Shown: in pieces, positions 9,321 through 19,766 of the stretch
Layout: every line of letters begins with the position of its first letter
How positions within the stretch are numbered: position 1 is the stretch's first letter
Assembly (NCBI GenBank): GCA_964581115.1
Contig: CAZOMY010000010.1
Span: 8,764-72,763 of the forward strand
Source: an uncultured Ignavibacteriaceae bacterium
GTDB lineage: Bacteria > Bacteroidota > Ignavibacteria > UBA10030
Reading direction: 5' to 3'
Length of the DNA stretch: 64,000 bases
Position numbers and translations under genes: made by a program
The notes under the pieces: generated by a model
Database searches by the model: none
Seen by the model: only the letters and a program-made list of their open reading frames with translations
Told to the model about the DNA's origin: nothing

Positions 9321-12300
9321 TCAACGGGTCAGCACCAACTTCTGCGTTCGTTGGAAGGCCCCTGCCCGCATCCGACAGAGGTAGACACCCGACGGTCGAC
9401 CGGAGGCATCCCACGCCACGAGGTGCGTGCCCGCAGGACGAACGCCGTTGACGAGCGTGGCGACCGGCCGACCCAGCAGATCGAGGATATCGATCGAACA
9501 CTCGCCGGTGAGCGGGAGGTCAAACCGGACCATGGTGGCGGCATTGAAGGGGTTTGGATATGGCGCCGAGAGACGGTACGCGCCCGGCACCGTCATTCCA
9601 TCCCGTCCGACGCCGACCGGTGTCGAACCATGGACCTCGAATTCGAACAGCGAGTAGCCGAACGTGGTCCCGCGCTGCAAGCCCAACATCATGATCTTCC
9701 TCGCTGTCGCGTTGACGGCGACCCGGTCGAGACCGCCGTCGCCGTTCGTTTCGTGGTGGACCTCGACCCAGGCGCCGATGCCATCGCTGATGCTGATGAT
9801 GTATTCCTTTCCGTACGCCCATTCCCAGTAGAGCGTCACATCGTCAACATGGAATAACGCCCCCAGGTCGACAATGAATGCTTGCGGGTCGCTGAACGAC
9901 GAAGACCAGCGCGTCCCCATGTTCCCATCGACGGCCTTCTCCGGCCCGTACGTACTCCCTTCCATCGAGGTGGCCGAGGCGGTCTTGTAAAGAGCCAGGT
10001 TCGGCTTGGCCGGCTCATGCACGCGCAGGGTCCGAGAACCCGAGTTGTTCCCCTCCTGAGCTTCATCAACCAGGCCGTCAGGGTCGATCGTGGCCGTCAG
10101 TGTGTACTCGCCCGCATGGGCCGGAACCCAGGCCGCTCCGCCCGATGGACCGACGGTCGCCTCAATGAAGCCCATGCCACCCGGGGGGATCGAGCGGACC
10201 GGTGTCACGCTCCAGCCGACGATCGCGCCGCCGACAGAGAACTCCACCTTCAACGGCAATCCCGCAAGCGTGGGCGCGGCGCCGATGTTACGGACCGTTG
10301 CGATACAGATCACGCTTTGGCCCGGTTGCGGGTAGGCCGGGACCGTTCGGATGTGTCCAAGGACAAGGTCGGGCTTTGCGGTGACGTTCAGGACCTCCAG
10401 GTCACCACGAAGCGGCAGTTCGTTCGACGCGGGACCGACCAGGATACGATAACGTCCGGGTTCGACGGTGAACGCATTCAGGAATTCATCGAAGTAGTAC
10501 AACTCCTCGCTTCCGACCGTGAACGACGCCTCGGCGGACTGTCCGGCCGGTACCACAACGCGGGCAAAACCCTTCAGTTGTTTGACGCTGATCGAATGTG
10601 TCGTCGCCGAATCGCTGATGTAGAGCTGGGCGACCGCTTCGCCGTCGCGGGACGACGTGTTCGTGATGGTGCACCTGACGGTCGCCGAGCCGCCCGGCAC
10701 GATGGTGGACGGCGTGATCGTCAGATCGCTGTACGAGAACGACGAATAGCTCAGCCCGTGCCCGAAGGCAAATCGAGGCACCTGGCCGGTCTTGTCGAAC
10801 CAGCGATAGCCCCCGCCGTGATCGTCGGTGAAATCGTCGTTCCACGCGGGCATCTGCCCGTCGTTGAGCGCGATGGTGACCGGAAGGCGGCCGGAGGGAT
10901 TCGTGATGCCGAACAGGATCTCCGCCAGCGCCGTCCCGCTCTCCTGACCGGGATAGAACGCGTACAACAGGCTTCGGATGTTTGCGATCGAGCGACTCAA
11001 ACCGCACACCCCGCCGCTGTACATCACAACGACGATGTTCGGGTTCTCGGCCGCCAGCGCGTTGATCAGGTCCTGCTGCTTGCCCGGAAGCTCCATCGAC
11101 CCGCCCACCCGGTCGAAACCTTCCCCCTCCTGCGATGGATCCAGGCCGCCGACGAAAACGACGACATCGGCCTGCTTTGCGAGAAGCCGCGCCGCCGGAA
11201 AGCCGGACGTGTCGGTCGAGTGAATCTCACACCCTTTGAGATAGTCGACCTTTGCCTCGCCCAGGTAGGCCTGCAATCCCGCCAACGGCGAGACTGACGC
11301 GGCAGGATCGACCCAGGAGCTTCCACTTCCGTCGGTGCGGCAGACGGCTGCGTTGGGACCGATGAGTGCGACCTTTGCGACCGCAGCAGCGCTCAATGGG
11401 AGGAGCGGTCCTTCGTTCTTCAGCAATACGATCGATTTACGAGCGGCCTCTTCACACAATCGTCGATGCTCTTGGCTGTTGACGTCGGACGGGTCGCCGG
11501 CAGGCAGGTAACCCCACACACCCGAGAGCAGCTTCGTCCGAAGAAGATTGCGCACGGCCTTGTCGATCGTTGCAATTGAAATGGCACCGCTTCCTACGAG
11601 CGTCGCCAGTTGCTGGCCGTAGAGATTCGACCCCATCTCGAGGTCACAACCGGCCTCAATGGCCTTCTCGGCGCTCCAGATCGAACCCCAATCGGAAACG
11701 ACAAAATGCGGAAAGCCCCAGTGTTCCTTCAGGATCGTGGTCAGAAGCGTGGAGTTCTCGGCGCACTTTTCTCCGTTGATCAGATTGTAGGCGTTCATCA
11801 CCGCGAAGGCCCCGCCGGCTTGGACGGCCATTCGGAACGGAAGGCCGTTATGCTCCTCCAGCGTTCGGCGTGAAGCGATGATGTTGTTCGTCAGCCGGCC
11901 ATTCTCGCGGTGGTTGGCGGAGAAATGCTTGATCGTGGCCAGCACGGGCTGCGACTGGATGCCCTGCACAACCGCCGTGGTGATGCGGGCGCAGAGATAT
12001 GGATCCTCCCCTCCTGTTTCGGGGCTACGTCCATTGCGCGGATCGCGGTCGAGGTCGAGCGCCGGTCCGAGCGCCATGCTTCTCCCTTTTCCGCGGAATT
12101 CCTTCCCCATCGCCATACCGACACGATACGCCAGCTCTGGGTCCCACGTGGCGGCCATTCCGATGCCGACAGGGAATGACGTCGCCAACCCGTTGCGGAC
12201 GCCGTGCGGTCCGTCGTCCATCAGAAACCCGGGGATCCCCAATCGCTGATTGTCGGCCGTGTTCATGTTCCCTTCGCCGTGCAGCTGAAGGATCTTTTCC

Positions 12301-12416
12301 TCCAGCGACATCTGGCCCAAGACGGCGTCGATGCGTTCGTCCAGCGTCTGGGCGATGGCAATGGGAGAGGCGAGCGCCATACCGAGCGCCGCGATGCGAA
12401 CGATGAAGCGAGCCAT
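9321..12416 (-). CDS. GH3 beta-glucosidase + CARDB + CBM32 (F5/8 type C) + T9SS CTD
   Basis: DDGPHG, KHFSAN, VSDW, FGHGLSYS; CARDB KPDLV...ATVRNIG...ATIDPDGLVDEAQEGNN; CBM32 NLALYK...AVDGNMGTRWSS...YSLFEFEV; CTD YPNPFNAAT...GVYLCRM. Confidence 0.92.
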   Translation of the reverse strand: MARFIVRIAALGMALASPIAIAQTLDERIDAVLGQMSLEEKILQLHGEGNMNTADNQRLGIPGFLMDDGPHGVRNGLATSFPVGIGMAATWDPELAYRVGMAMGKEFRGKGRSMALGPALDLDRDPRNGRSPETGGEDPYLCARITTAVVQGIQSQPVLATIKHFSANHRENGRLTNNIIASRRTLEEHNGLPFRMAVQAGGAFAVMNAYNLINGEKCAENSTLLTTILKEHWGFPHFVVSDWGSIWSAEKAIEAGCDLEMGSNLYGQQLATLVGSGAISIATIDKAVRNLLRTKLLSGVWGYLPAGDPSDVNSQEHRRLCEEAARKSIVLLKNEGPLLPLSAAAVAKVALIGPNAAVCRTDGSGSSWVDPAASVSPLAGLQAYLGEAKVDYLKGCEIHSTDTSGFPAARLLAKQADVVVFVGGLDPSQEGEGFDRVGGSMELPGKQQDLINALAAENPNIVVVMYSGGVCGLSRSIANIRSLLYAFYPGQESGTALAEILFGITNPSGRLPVTIALNDGQMPAWNDDFTDDHGGGYRWFDKTGQVPRFAFGHGLSYSSFSYSDLTITPSTIVPGGSATVRCTITNTSSRDGEAVAQLYISDSATTHSISVKQLKGFARVVVPAGQSAEASFTVGSEELYYFDEFLNAFTVEPGRYRILVGPASNELPLRGDLEVLNVTAKPDLVLGHIRTVPAYPQPGQSVICIATVRNIGAAPTLAGLPLKVEFSVGGAIVGWSVTPVRSIPPGGMGFIEATVGPSGGAAWVPAHAGEYTLTATIDPDGLVDEAQEGNNSGSRTLRVHEPAKPNLALYKTASATSMEGSTYGPEKAVDGNMGTRWSSSFSDPQAFIVDLGALFHVDDVTLYWEWAYGKEYIISISDGIGAWVEVHHETNGDGGLDRVAVNATARKIMMLGLQRGTTFGYSLFEFEVHGSTPVGVGRDGMTVPGAYRLSAPYPNPFNAATMVRFDLPLTGECSIDILDLLGRPVATLVNGVRPAGTHLVAWDASGRPSGVYLCRMRAGAFQRTQKLVLTR

Positions 12417-12467
12417 GTTCGGTGTTCGTCCGATACTGAGGCCGGCCGCGTCGTCAGAACGGGCCGG

Positions 12468-13307
12468 TCACTTGCGCCGGAAGACGCGCACGTAGTCGAT
12501 GGTCATGCGCTGCGGGAAGACCGTGAACTCGTCGGTATTACCCGGCCAGTTGCCGCCGACGGCGACATTCAGGATCATGAAGAATCGCTTGTCGAACGGA
12601 GGTCCGATCGACGCCTGATAGTACTTCACGTCATTTACATACCAACGGATCTGCGTGGAATCCCACTCGAGCGCGAAGACATTGAAGCCGCCCGCAAACG
12701 TACCGGCTGGAAGCGTGTAACTGCCACCCGACTGCTGACGGGTCGCCGGCGACGTTCCGAAATGGATCGTCCCGTAGGTCTTCCACGGCTCGTGCCCGAG
12801 CAGTTCCATGATGTCGATCTCGCCGCTAGAGGGCCATCCGCCGTATTCGGAATCGGTCGGCATCATCCAGATCGCGGGCCACAGTCCTTTGCCGTAAGGG
12901 AGCTGGGCTTTGATCTCAAATCGTCCGTAGCGCCAATCCCCCTTGAGTCGTGTGATCATTCGGGCCGACGTGTATTGTCGCGTGAGGTACGGTTCCTTGC
13001 GGGCCTGAATGACCAACGATCCGTCCTCGATGAACGAATTCTCGGGCCTTGCCGTGTAGTACTGGAGCTCGTTGTTGCCTCCACCGTAATCGTTGACCTC
13101 GTGGGTCCACTTCGTGGAGTCGATCCTCGGACCCGAGAATTCGTCGTTCCACACCAGCATCCATCCGGCGGGCGTAGGTATCGTATCGTTCGGAGCACCG
13201 GGCTCGCCGCTTGTCGGCGAGGACTTTTCCTGACAGCTCAGAATGGCGATGGCAGCCCCCGCAAGGGCGCCGGTCAGCGAAACGCTTCGTCTCATGATCG
13301 CATTCAT
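12468..13307 (-). CDS. GH16 laminarinase-type endo-beta-1,3-glucanase, lipoprotein
   Basis: Lipobox ILSC; LVWNDEF, GNNELQYY, YTSARM, GLWPAIWMMP, WPSSGEIDIME (ExDxxE beta-bulge type), LNVAVGGNWPG. Confidence 0.93.
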   Translation of the reverse strand: MNAIMRRSVSLTGALAGAAIAILSCQEKSSPTSGEPGAPNDTIPTPAGWMLVWNDEFSGPRIDSTKWTHEVNDYGGGNNELQYYTARPENSFIEDGSLVIQARKEPYLTRQYTSARMITRLKGDWRYGRFEIKAQLPYGKGLWPAIWMMPTDSEYGGWPSSGEIDIMELLGHEPWKTYGTIHFGTSPATRQQSGGSYTLPAGTFAGGFNVFALEWDSTQIRWYVNDVKYYQASIGPPFDKRFFMILNVAVGGNWPGNTDEFTVFPQRMTIDYVRVFRRK

Positions 13308-13367
13308 CGATGTGCTATGTGTGCCGTGCGTGCCTCAGGTGTCTTCTATGGCGCGTATGCTCGAACG

Positions 13368-15203
13368 CTACAGCGGCCACTGGACCGATGGCGGCAACTG
13401 GCGGACCCAATCCCACAACGGCAGGAGCATCGGGGCGCCGTTCATCCATCCGCCGAACCCGAGGTAGCGGCGCGTGAACATCGGCACCGAGGTAAGTGCG
13501 GTGCGCTTCACCGCGTCGGCCTCGACGCGCACCCGGCGTCGCTGCGCGAGGTCGGCGATATAAGCATTGACTCGCTCGTGACCGATGCGGTCCTTGACGC
13601 CGGACCCAAGCACTCGCGTCAAGTGCTCCCCGCGAAGGCCGTGCTCCGTTGCCCGAATGCCCAAAACACGTGCGACCACATACCCTCCATCCACGGCCAA
13701 CGGTCCGATCACAGCACCCGAGTCGGCCAACAGGGCATGAAATCCGACCATCGGGTCATCGACCGGGTCATACCAATCCGACGAGCCATCCGACTGGATC
13801 CGCGACGAACGTGTGGGACGCGAGTCGGCGAGTTCGTCGATCGACGCACCTTGCTGCACAGCCGCTGCGAGTCGCTTCGCCTCGACGGGGTCTTTCGTCC
13901 AGACCTCCTGTGTTCGGACTGAAGCCTTGCCTCGGAGCTGGCCGCGGCGCGCCACCAACTCATCGACGAGATCATTTCTCGTGACCGCGACCGTCTCGCG
14001 GATGGACCGGATCATCTCGCCCGCCGCCCAATACTCATTCCAAGCGCGGAGGTCGGATCGAACCGAGGGATCCGAGATCATGCCGCGCGCGCGCGCTTCC
14101 CGCGCAAGGTACTCTCCGGCCGCGACGCGTTGAATCTGCTCATTCAAGCGATTCCAGAACCGTAGGCCCTCGGGCTGGTCGCTGATGAACGGCTCGTAAC
14201 GGAACATCTCCACGACCTGGCCGACCGTCAGATCATCCCCCTCCATCACGACCAGACTTTTCGAGCCGGCATCACCCAAGCGAGCATGCAGGACATCAAC
14301 CATGTCGGAGGTCAACTCAAACCCGGACGGTCGGCGATAGCGGGCCGTATCTTCGAGCCAGAGACGGGAGATCTCGCCGGCCAGCCGAAAGAACGACGCC
14401 GAATCCGATCGCGCCCGTTTTCGGGCGAGCGACTGACGATAGTATCGCTCGGCCTCGCGACCATCCAGACGCGACTGAAGCAGACGCCCCGCCGCTCGTC
14501 GCTGCTCTTCGTCCGATTGCTTGGCCGCCAACGGATTCGGCACCCGTTCCAGCAACTCGAGTACCACCCAACGATTGTCCGTCATGCGATGGGGCCGAGA
14601 GATTCCCGAGACGCCGATCTCGTACACGAGTCGTTCCAGCAGCGTGTCCGTCATGCCGAAGGAAGCGGCCACAGTATCGCGGTCGAGGATCCGAAGTCCG
14701 CCGGTCGACATGTCGACTGACGCTGATCGACGCAACCGGGCAGCAAGCGAATCCGCTTCGCCGCGGCTCTGGAGAACATACAATACGACTGTTCGATTCT
14801 CCCGGTAGCGCCGGAGTGCCTCTCCCGCTTCAGCTTGGGTCGGACGTGAGCGTCCCGCGACCTCGCGACGGAACAAGGCGTCACGCTGGAGCACGTTCTC
14901 CAACCCCCATCGTAGCAGATCATACCGGCGATCCCCGGTCAGGCCTCGAACCGTCGCTTCAGTCGCCAGCAGTCGCTCGGCAATGAGCGCCGAGACCGCC
15001 TGCGACCGTACAGAATCGAGGGTCGACGGTCGTATCGGGCCGGGCCACGGCATCAGTTCAACGCGTGCGCGCATATCCCGAGCCAAGATCGGCTGGTCAT
15101 CCACCCAAGCCAGCGTATCCAGCGCCAAGGTCGGGATCATCTGGCCAGTGGCCGATCCGATAAGGAGGCCGGCGACCAACGCCGATGAGCACACGCGCTT
15201 CAT
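13368..15203 (-). CDS. SurA/parvulin-like periplasmic protein (two SurA-N-like halves, degenerate PPIase domains)
   Basis: Signal peptide; DTLAWVDDQPI...SALIAERLLATEATVRGL, second half LTVGQV...RVAAGEYLAREARARGM; rotamase-like EAKRLAAAVQQGASIDELA...GAVIGPLAVDGGYVVARV. Confidence 0.6.
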   Translation of the reverse strand: MKRVCSSALVAGLLIGSATGQMIPTLALDTLAWVDDQPILARDMRARVELMPWPGPIRPSTLDSVRSQAVSALIAERLLATEATVRGLTGDRRYDLLRWGLENVLQRDALFRREVAGRSRPTQAEAGEALRRYRENRTVVLYVLQSRGEADSLAARLRRSASVDMSTGGLRILDRDTVAASFGMTDTLLERLVYEIGVSGISRPHRMTDNRWVVLELLERVPNPLAAKQSDEEQRRAAGRLLQSRLDGREAERYYRQSLARKRARSDSASFFRLAGEISRLWLEDTARYRRPSGFELTSDMVDVLHARLGDAGSKSLVVMEGDDLTVGQVVEMFRYEPFISDQPEGLRFWNRLNEQIQRVAAGEYLAREARARGMISDPSVRSDLRAWNEYWAAGEMIRSIRETVAVTRNDLVDELVARRGQLRGKASVRTQEVWTKDPVEAKRLAAAVQQGASIDELADSRPTRSSRIQSDGSSDWYDPVDDPMVGFHALLADSGAVIGPLAVDGGYVVARVLGIRATEHGLRGEHLTRVLGSGVKDRIGHERVNAYIADLAQRRRVRVEADAVKRTALTSVPMFTRRYLGFGGWMNGAPMLLPLWDWVRQLPPSVQWPL

Positions 15204-15306
15204 TGGTTCGATCCAGTGGCGAGATATGGGATGCGGCTCATGCTCAGATGGTAGCCGCCAAACGCCTCATCCGCAATGACCGCGCCTGTCTTCCTCACAT
15301 CCATCG

Positions 15307-17304
15307 TCATCGGATCAACACCGCCTTCTGTGTCGAGGTCTGATCGCCCGTCGTTAGCCGCATAACGTACACGCCGCTGGAACAGCCCCCCGCGTCCCAT
15401 GAAGTATGGTGAATGCCGGCCGGCAGATCGGCATCGACCAGACGCCCCACTCTTCTCCCAAGCAGGTCCAGAACTTCGATCGAGACATGGGCCGCGTTCG
15501 ACATCCGGAAGCGGACGTTCGCACACGGATTGAACGGATTCGGAAAGACCGGGTCCAACCGACATTCCCCGGGCACGTCGGACGGGCGACCGATCACCCC
15601 CGTGGAACTCGTTTCACCCGCAAGCACCCCAGCGACGAAGACGAGCGGCGCGTTCCAATTGATCGCGATCTCGTTCGACGCGTAGCTGTCCTGGTCATCG
15701 ACGTACCACATGGCTGGCGGATCGGCGTCCGAGAAACGGGACGCGAGTTCGAGGTCGCCTCCGAATTGGTTGGGGCCGCCGACTAGTAGCCCTGGAACCG
15801 GCTCGGCCACGCCGTCGGATATCGACGGTCGATGATGCGGCGCCATCGGACGATGCGTCCCGATGCCGGTCACAAAGGTCATGGCGTGTGGATTGACTCC
15901 AAGCACGTAATGCAACTGGTCTTCGGCTGCATCCCGGTAGGCGCTGGCTCCGACCTCGCGAGCTGCCACGAGCAGAAGCAAAGCATGATTCAAGGCGTCC
16001 GAATTGCTCCCCCACACGAACTCGCCCGGAACGAGCGTCAGATGAAGTCCGCTTGCCGATCGCCTCGCAACCAAAGCATCGGCCACGGACGTGAGTGACG
16101 ACCTTAATTCGCCGACAATGCCGTCGTCGCGGGGTCGGTCCGTGGTCAGATAGGCAATGTGAGCCAGGTCGGTGACGAACGGCCATGAGAGCTTCGTGCT
16201 GAACAAACCCCGCGCCGACGCGTTAAGAACGTAGAACAGCTCGTAGTCAGACCCGCCCGTCGCGGCGAATAGCTCGGCCGCGGCCCAAAGTCGCTCGTCG
16301 CGGTCGTCGGTATCTCCGTAGACCCCGGTGGATGTCCCCGACGGATTGGTAAAACCACCAAGGGGCACGATCGAGGGGTGGGAAGCGAGAAATGCCCACG
16401 CGCTTTCGGCAGCTGCACGGCATGTCGCGGCGAAGGTCGCGTCGTACGACTGGTACGTCGCCGAGGCTCTCGCCATCACGGCCGCGAAGTCGCCCGTCGC
16501 CGTCGACGATATCTGGTAAATGTAACGCGCTCCGGCGTCGTTCTGCGGCATAACGAATGATTCGAACGCCGGTTTGGTCAGCTTCGTGAACACTCCACCG
16601 TTGCCGGCCTGCATCTTGAGCATCCATTGCAGTTCGAACCGCACTTCGTCGAGCAGGTCGGGAATGCCGTTGCCGCTCTCCGGAATGCCGAGGTTGTCCG
16701 CGGAGAAGCGCTCCGGGTAGAGGTCGTACGCCAACAACAACGTGCCCACCGTGATCCCGGCATTGACGACGTACTTGCCGTAGTCCCCGGCGTCATGCCA
16801 TCCGCCCACGGCGTTGACGGTGCCCGACGATTCTGCCGTCGCATGGAACGTCGCGTCGCCGGTGTGGCAATAGCCGTGAAGATACCAGCCGGCATGCGCG
16901 AACGGCAGTGAGACGCCGCAGCGCTGGTAATAGAAGCCTTTTAGAGCTGCCCGGATCACACGATCAAAGACCGTGTCGGCCACGATGAAATCGGGCGAGA
17001 CGTCGTTCAGGCTTGTGCGCACGCGATATCGGCCCGGCGTCGAAACGGAGGAAAGATCGCCGCGCCGGATGTTCCAACCCGTCGCCGGGTCCGCCGATCT
17101 CCAGAGATTGAATGCGCCTCGCAGAACGACATTCCCGCTCACGACCTCCTCGACGAGGAAGCTGTCCGCAGCCGAATGAACGAAGACGAACTTGGACGCG
17201 GACGGTCGATAGCCCGCCTGATCGATGAGCACTTGGCCGGCCGCCGGTACGGCGATCGCGGCCAAGAGCGGCACGAGAAGTTCGTATCCCTTCAGCGTCC
17301 TCAT
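15307..17304 (-). CDS. GH9 endoglucanase with N-terminal Ig (CelD_N) domain and T9SS CTD
   Basis: IDQAGYRP, FYYQRCG, GGWHDAGDYGKY, PDLLDEVRFEL, DERLWAAAEL, PHHRPS, YASNEIAINWNAPL; CTD FPNPFNP...GVYVMRL. Confidence 0.95.
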   Translation of the reverse strand: MRTLKGYELLVPLLAAIAVPAAGQVLIDQAGYRPSASKFVFVHSAADSFLVEEVVSGNVVLRGAFNLWRSADPATGWNIRRGDLSSVSTPGRYRVRTSLNDVSPDFIVADTVFDRVIRAALKGFYYQRCGVSLPFAHAGWYLHGYCHTGDATFHATAESSGTVNAVGGWHDAGDYGKYVVNAGITVGTLLLAYDLYPERFSADNLGIPESGNGIPDLLDEVRFELQWMLKMQAGNGGVFTKLTKPAFESFVMPQNDAGARYIYQISSTATGDFAAVMARASATYQSYDATFAATCRAAAESAWAFLASHPSIVPLGGFTNPSGTSTGVYGDTDDRDERLWAAAELFAATGGSDYELFYVLNASARGLFSTKLSWPFVTDLAHIAYLTTDRPRDDGIVGELRSSLTSVADALVARRSASGLHLTLVPGEFVWGSNSDALNHALLLLVAAREVGASAYRDAAEDQLHYVLGVNPHAMTFVTGIGTHRPMAPHHRPSISDGVAEPVPGLLVGGPNQFGGDLELASRFSDADPPAMWYVDDQDSYASNEIAINWNAPLVFVAGVLAGETSSTGVIGRPSDVPGECRLDPVFPNPFNPCANVRFRMSNAAHVSIEVLDLLGRRVGRLVDADLPAGIHHTSWDAGGCSSGVYVMRLTTGDQTSTQKAVLIR

Positions 17305-17381
17305 ACGAGCTCGGGCGATGTTCCTTGAACAACAACGGCGGCCCCATCAGCCGCCGCCGGTCATTGGCCTCACCTTGCTCC

Positions 17382-18359
17382 TCACAGTGTGTGTGGGCTG
17401 GCCTGGAGCTCATTCCAGATCAGCGCACCCGCTCCCAGGACGGCCGTGTTCCCATCGGGAAGTCCGGACGGAAGAACAGCCACTTTGTCCTTGAAGATGT
17501 TCAAGACGTTCGCCTCCAGATACCGTTTGACCGGCTTCAGCAGGAGATCTCCGGCGGCGGCCACGCCTCCGACGAGGATGATCGCCTGAGGGCTGAGATA
17601 CGCCACGGCGTCGGCCAGGCTGGTTCCAAGCCATCGAGCCGTCCGGTCGAACGTTTCGAGCGCCAGCCGATCACCCCGCCCGGCCGCTTCGGCCACCTGC
17701 TTCGCCGTCAGGTCGTTGAACGGGATCTGGCGCAATTCGCTTGCGTCCATCGTCGTCGCGATCAGTTCATATACGGTCCTCCGAACGCCATTCGCCGAGG
17801 CGTACGCCTCGAGACAACCGCGCCGGCCGCATCCGCACTCGCGTCCGTTGCGTTCGACGATCGTGTGGCCGAGCTCACCGGCGAATCCATCCGCCCCGTA
17901 GATGAGCTGCCCGTTGGCGACGATGCCGCTCCCCAGGCCGGTCCCGAGGGTGACGACGATGAAGTCCTTCATCGACCGAGCCGCACCGAACAGCATCTCG
18001 CCCAAGGCGGCGGCATTCGCATCGTTCGTGACGGCTACCGGTACCTTGAAATGCCGGGAGAGCTCGCCGACGACGTCGACGTGGTCCCAACTGAGATTGG
18101 GCGGCTGCTCGATGGTCCCGCGATAGTAGTTCGCATTCGGCGCGCCAACGCCGATGCCCATGAGCTCCCACGAGCCCGACAGGGAGCGCCCAAGGTCGGC
18201 GGCGGCCTTCTGAACCCGGTTGAACAGAAGCGACGCAGGCTGGTGGGCATTTGTGGGGATCGACGTCTCGCCCATGAGCCGGCCGGCCGGATCCACAAGG
18301 CCAAGGACGGTGTTCGTTCCGCCGATGTCGATGCCGAGGCACAACCCCTTGGAATTCAT
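17382..18359 (-). CDS. glk: ROK family sugar kinase (glucokinase)
   Basis: LGIDIGGT, GIGVGAP, TNDANAAALGE, TLGTGLGSG, GELGH, CGCGRRGCLEAY. True start 18359; the track's upstream extension is an off-frame read of the transporter gene. Confidence 0.92.
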   Translation of the reverse strand: MNSKGLCLGIDIGGTNTVLGLVDPAGRLMGETSIPTNAHQPASLLFNRVQKAAADLGRSLSGSWELMGIGVGAPNANYYRGTIEQPPNLSWDHVDVVGELSRHFKVPVAVTNDANAAALGEMLFGAARSMKDFIVVTLGTGLGSGIVANGQLIYGADGFAGELGHTIVERNGRECGCGRRGCLEAYASANGVRRTVYELIATTMDASELRQIPFNDLTAKQVAEAAGRGDRLALETFDRTARWLGTSLADAVAYLSPQAIILVGGVAAAGDLLLKPVKRYLEANVLNIFKDKVAVLPSGLPDGNTAVLGAGALIWNELQASPHTL

Positions 18360-18382
18360 CGACGACTGTCCGCGCTGATCGG

Positions 18383-19693
18383 TCAGGCGTGCGCGAGCGC
18401 CGGACGATGTCCGCGGGCTCCGTAGTATGCGATGTAAGCGTAGCACAGGACAGGAATGATGAACGCCGACTGAATGCCGATCGAGTCGGCCAGTACGCCC
18501 TGCAAAACAGGCACGATGGCGCCGCCGACGATCGCCATACACAGGATCCCCGAGCCCTGGCCGGTGTGACGTCCCAGTCCATGGATCGCAAGCGTGAAGA
18601 TGGTCGGGAACATGATGGAGTTGAACAAGCCGACCGCGAGGATCGCCCACATCGAGACGTGACCCGTCGAGAGGATCGCGGTGATGACCAGCATCATCAC
18701 CGCGACGGCATGGATGGTCAGAACCCTTCCCGGAGCGACGGAGCGCATGACCGCCGATCCGATGAAGCGACCGACCATGGCTCCGCCCCAGTAGAATGAG
18801 ACGTAGCGACCCGCCTCTGCTACCGACATGTCGCCGATCGACGGCTGGCTGATATAGTTTACCAGGAAGCTTCCGATGGCGACCTCCCCGCCGACGTAGA
18901 CGAAGATGGCGATGGCGCCCAGGACGAGGTGACGGTACCGCCAGGCGCTCGGATGCAGATGGTCCTGATTGTGCCCGCTCTCCGACGCCGCCTCGGACGC
19001 TTCGACCCGCGGAAGCTTGAACAGGCCGAAGACGAACGCGACGATCAGCAATGCCGACGCCAGGCCGATGTATGGATTCTGGACCGACGCCGCCTCGGCC
19101 GCCCGGTACGCCTCGACCTCCACCGCACTCATAACGTTCAATTCCGCCGGCGTCTTGACGGCGTTCGAGAGGATGATCCACGAACCGAACAAGGGCGCCA
19201 CGGTGGTGCCGAGCGAATTGAACGCCTGCGTGAGCGTCAGACGGCTGCTGGCGGTCTCGGGCCGGCCCAAGATGGCCACGTAGGGATTCGCCGCCACCTG
19301 TAACAGCGTGATACCCGACGCGAGAATGAACAACGCGATGAGAAAGATCTCATACGATCTCTCCCCCGCCGCCGGGTAGAACAGGATGCAGCCGACGGCC
19401 GCCGTCACGAGGCCGACGATGATGCCGGCCTTGTAGCCGAACTTTTCGACGAACCAACCCGACGGCAACGAAACGACAAAATACGCCGTGAAGAAGCTGA
19501 ATTGAATGAGCATCGCTTGGGCGTAGTTCAGGTCGAACACCGCCTTGAGGTGCGGAATGATGATGTCATTGAGACAGGTCAGAAAGCCCCACATGAAGAA
19601 GAGCGACGTGAGCACGGTCAACGCCGGCGTATAGTTTGCCGACGGCGGTACGTCGACCATCTTCGTGGGTGTCGTGCCGGGGGTCGAGGCCAT
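18383..19693 (-). CDS. gluP: Glucose/galactose (GluP/FucP-type) MFS transporter
   Basis: [70 protein letters not shown]; about 12 TM segments. Confidence 0.93.
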   Translation of the reverse strand: MASTPGTTPTKMVDVPPSANYTPALTVLTSLFFMWGFLTCLNDIIIPHLKAVFDLNYAQAMLIQFSFFTAYFVVSLPSGWFVEKFGYKAGIIVGLVTAAVGCILFYPAAGERSYEIFLIALFILASGITLLQVAANPYVAILGRPETASSRLTLTQAFNSLGTTVAPLFGSWIILSNAVKTPAELNVMSAVEVEAYRAAEAASVQNPYIGLASALLIVAFVFGLFKLPRVEASEAASESGHNQDHLHPSAWRYRHLVLGAIAIFVYVGGEVAIGSFLVNYISQPSIGDMSVAEAGRYVSFYWGGAMVGRFIGSAVMRSVAPGRVLTIHAVAVMMLVITAILSTGHVSMWAILAVGLFNSIMFPTIFTLAIHGLGRHTGQGSGILCMAIVGGAIVPVLQGVLADSIGIQSAFIIPVLCYAYIAYYGARGHRPALAHA

Positions 19694-19766
19694 ACAGGTC
19701 TGGTGTGGATCGGAATGGGTTCAGGTCTTCCGGGCAAGCCCGGCGTTCATGAGATCTGCCAGCAAC

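Noticed and set aside
7152-9857. 901-aa plus-strand ORF, and similar long antisense ORFs (12204-13922, 19860-21341, 23246-25012, 31679-32632, 34797-35696, 36165-37232)
   Set aside because: They lie opposite well-supported genes, have no motifs, and are expected from high-GC codon bias.
15200-15565. 121-aa ORF bridging GH9 and the SurA-like gene
   Set aside because: Mostly overlaps the GH9 CTD in another frame; no protein-like features.
18360-19181. Apparent N-terminal extension of the ROK kinase (likewise 33194-33556 on the regulator, 59112-59603 on trmH, 21567-21728 on GH3)
   Set aside because: Off-frame reads through the upstream gene; the recognisable domains begin at internal ATGs, so these are not fusions or frameshifts.
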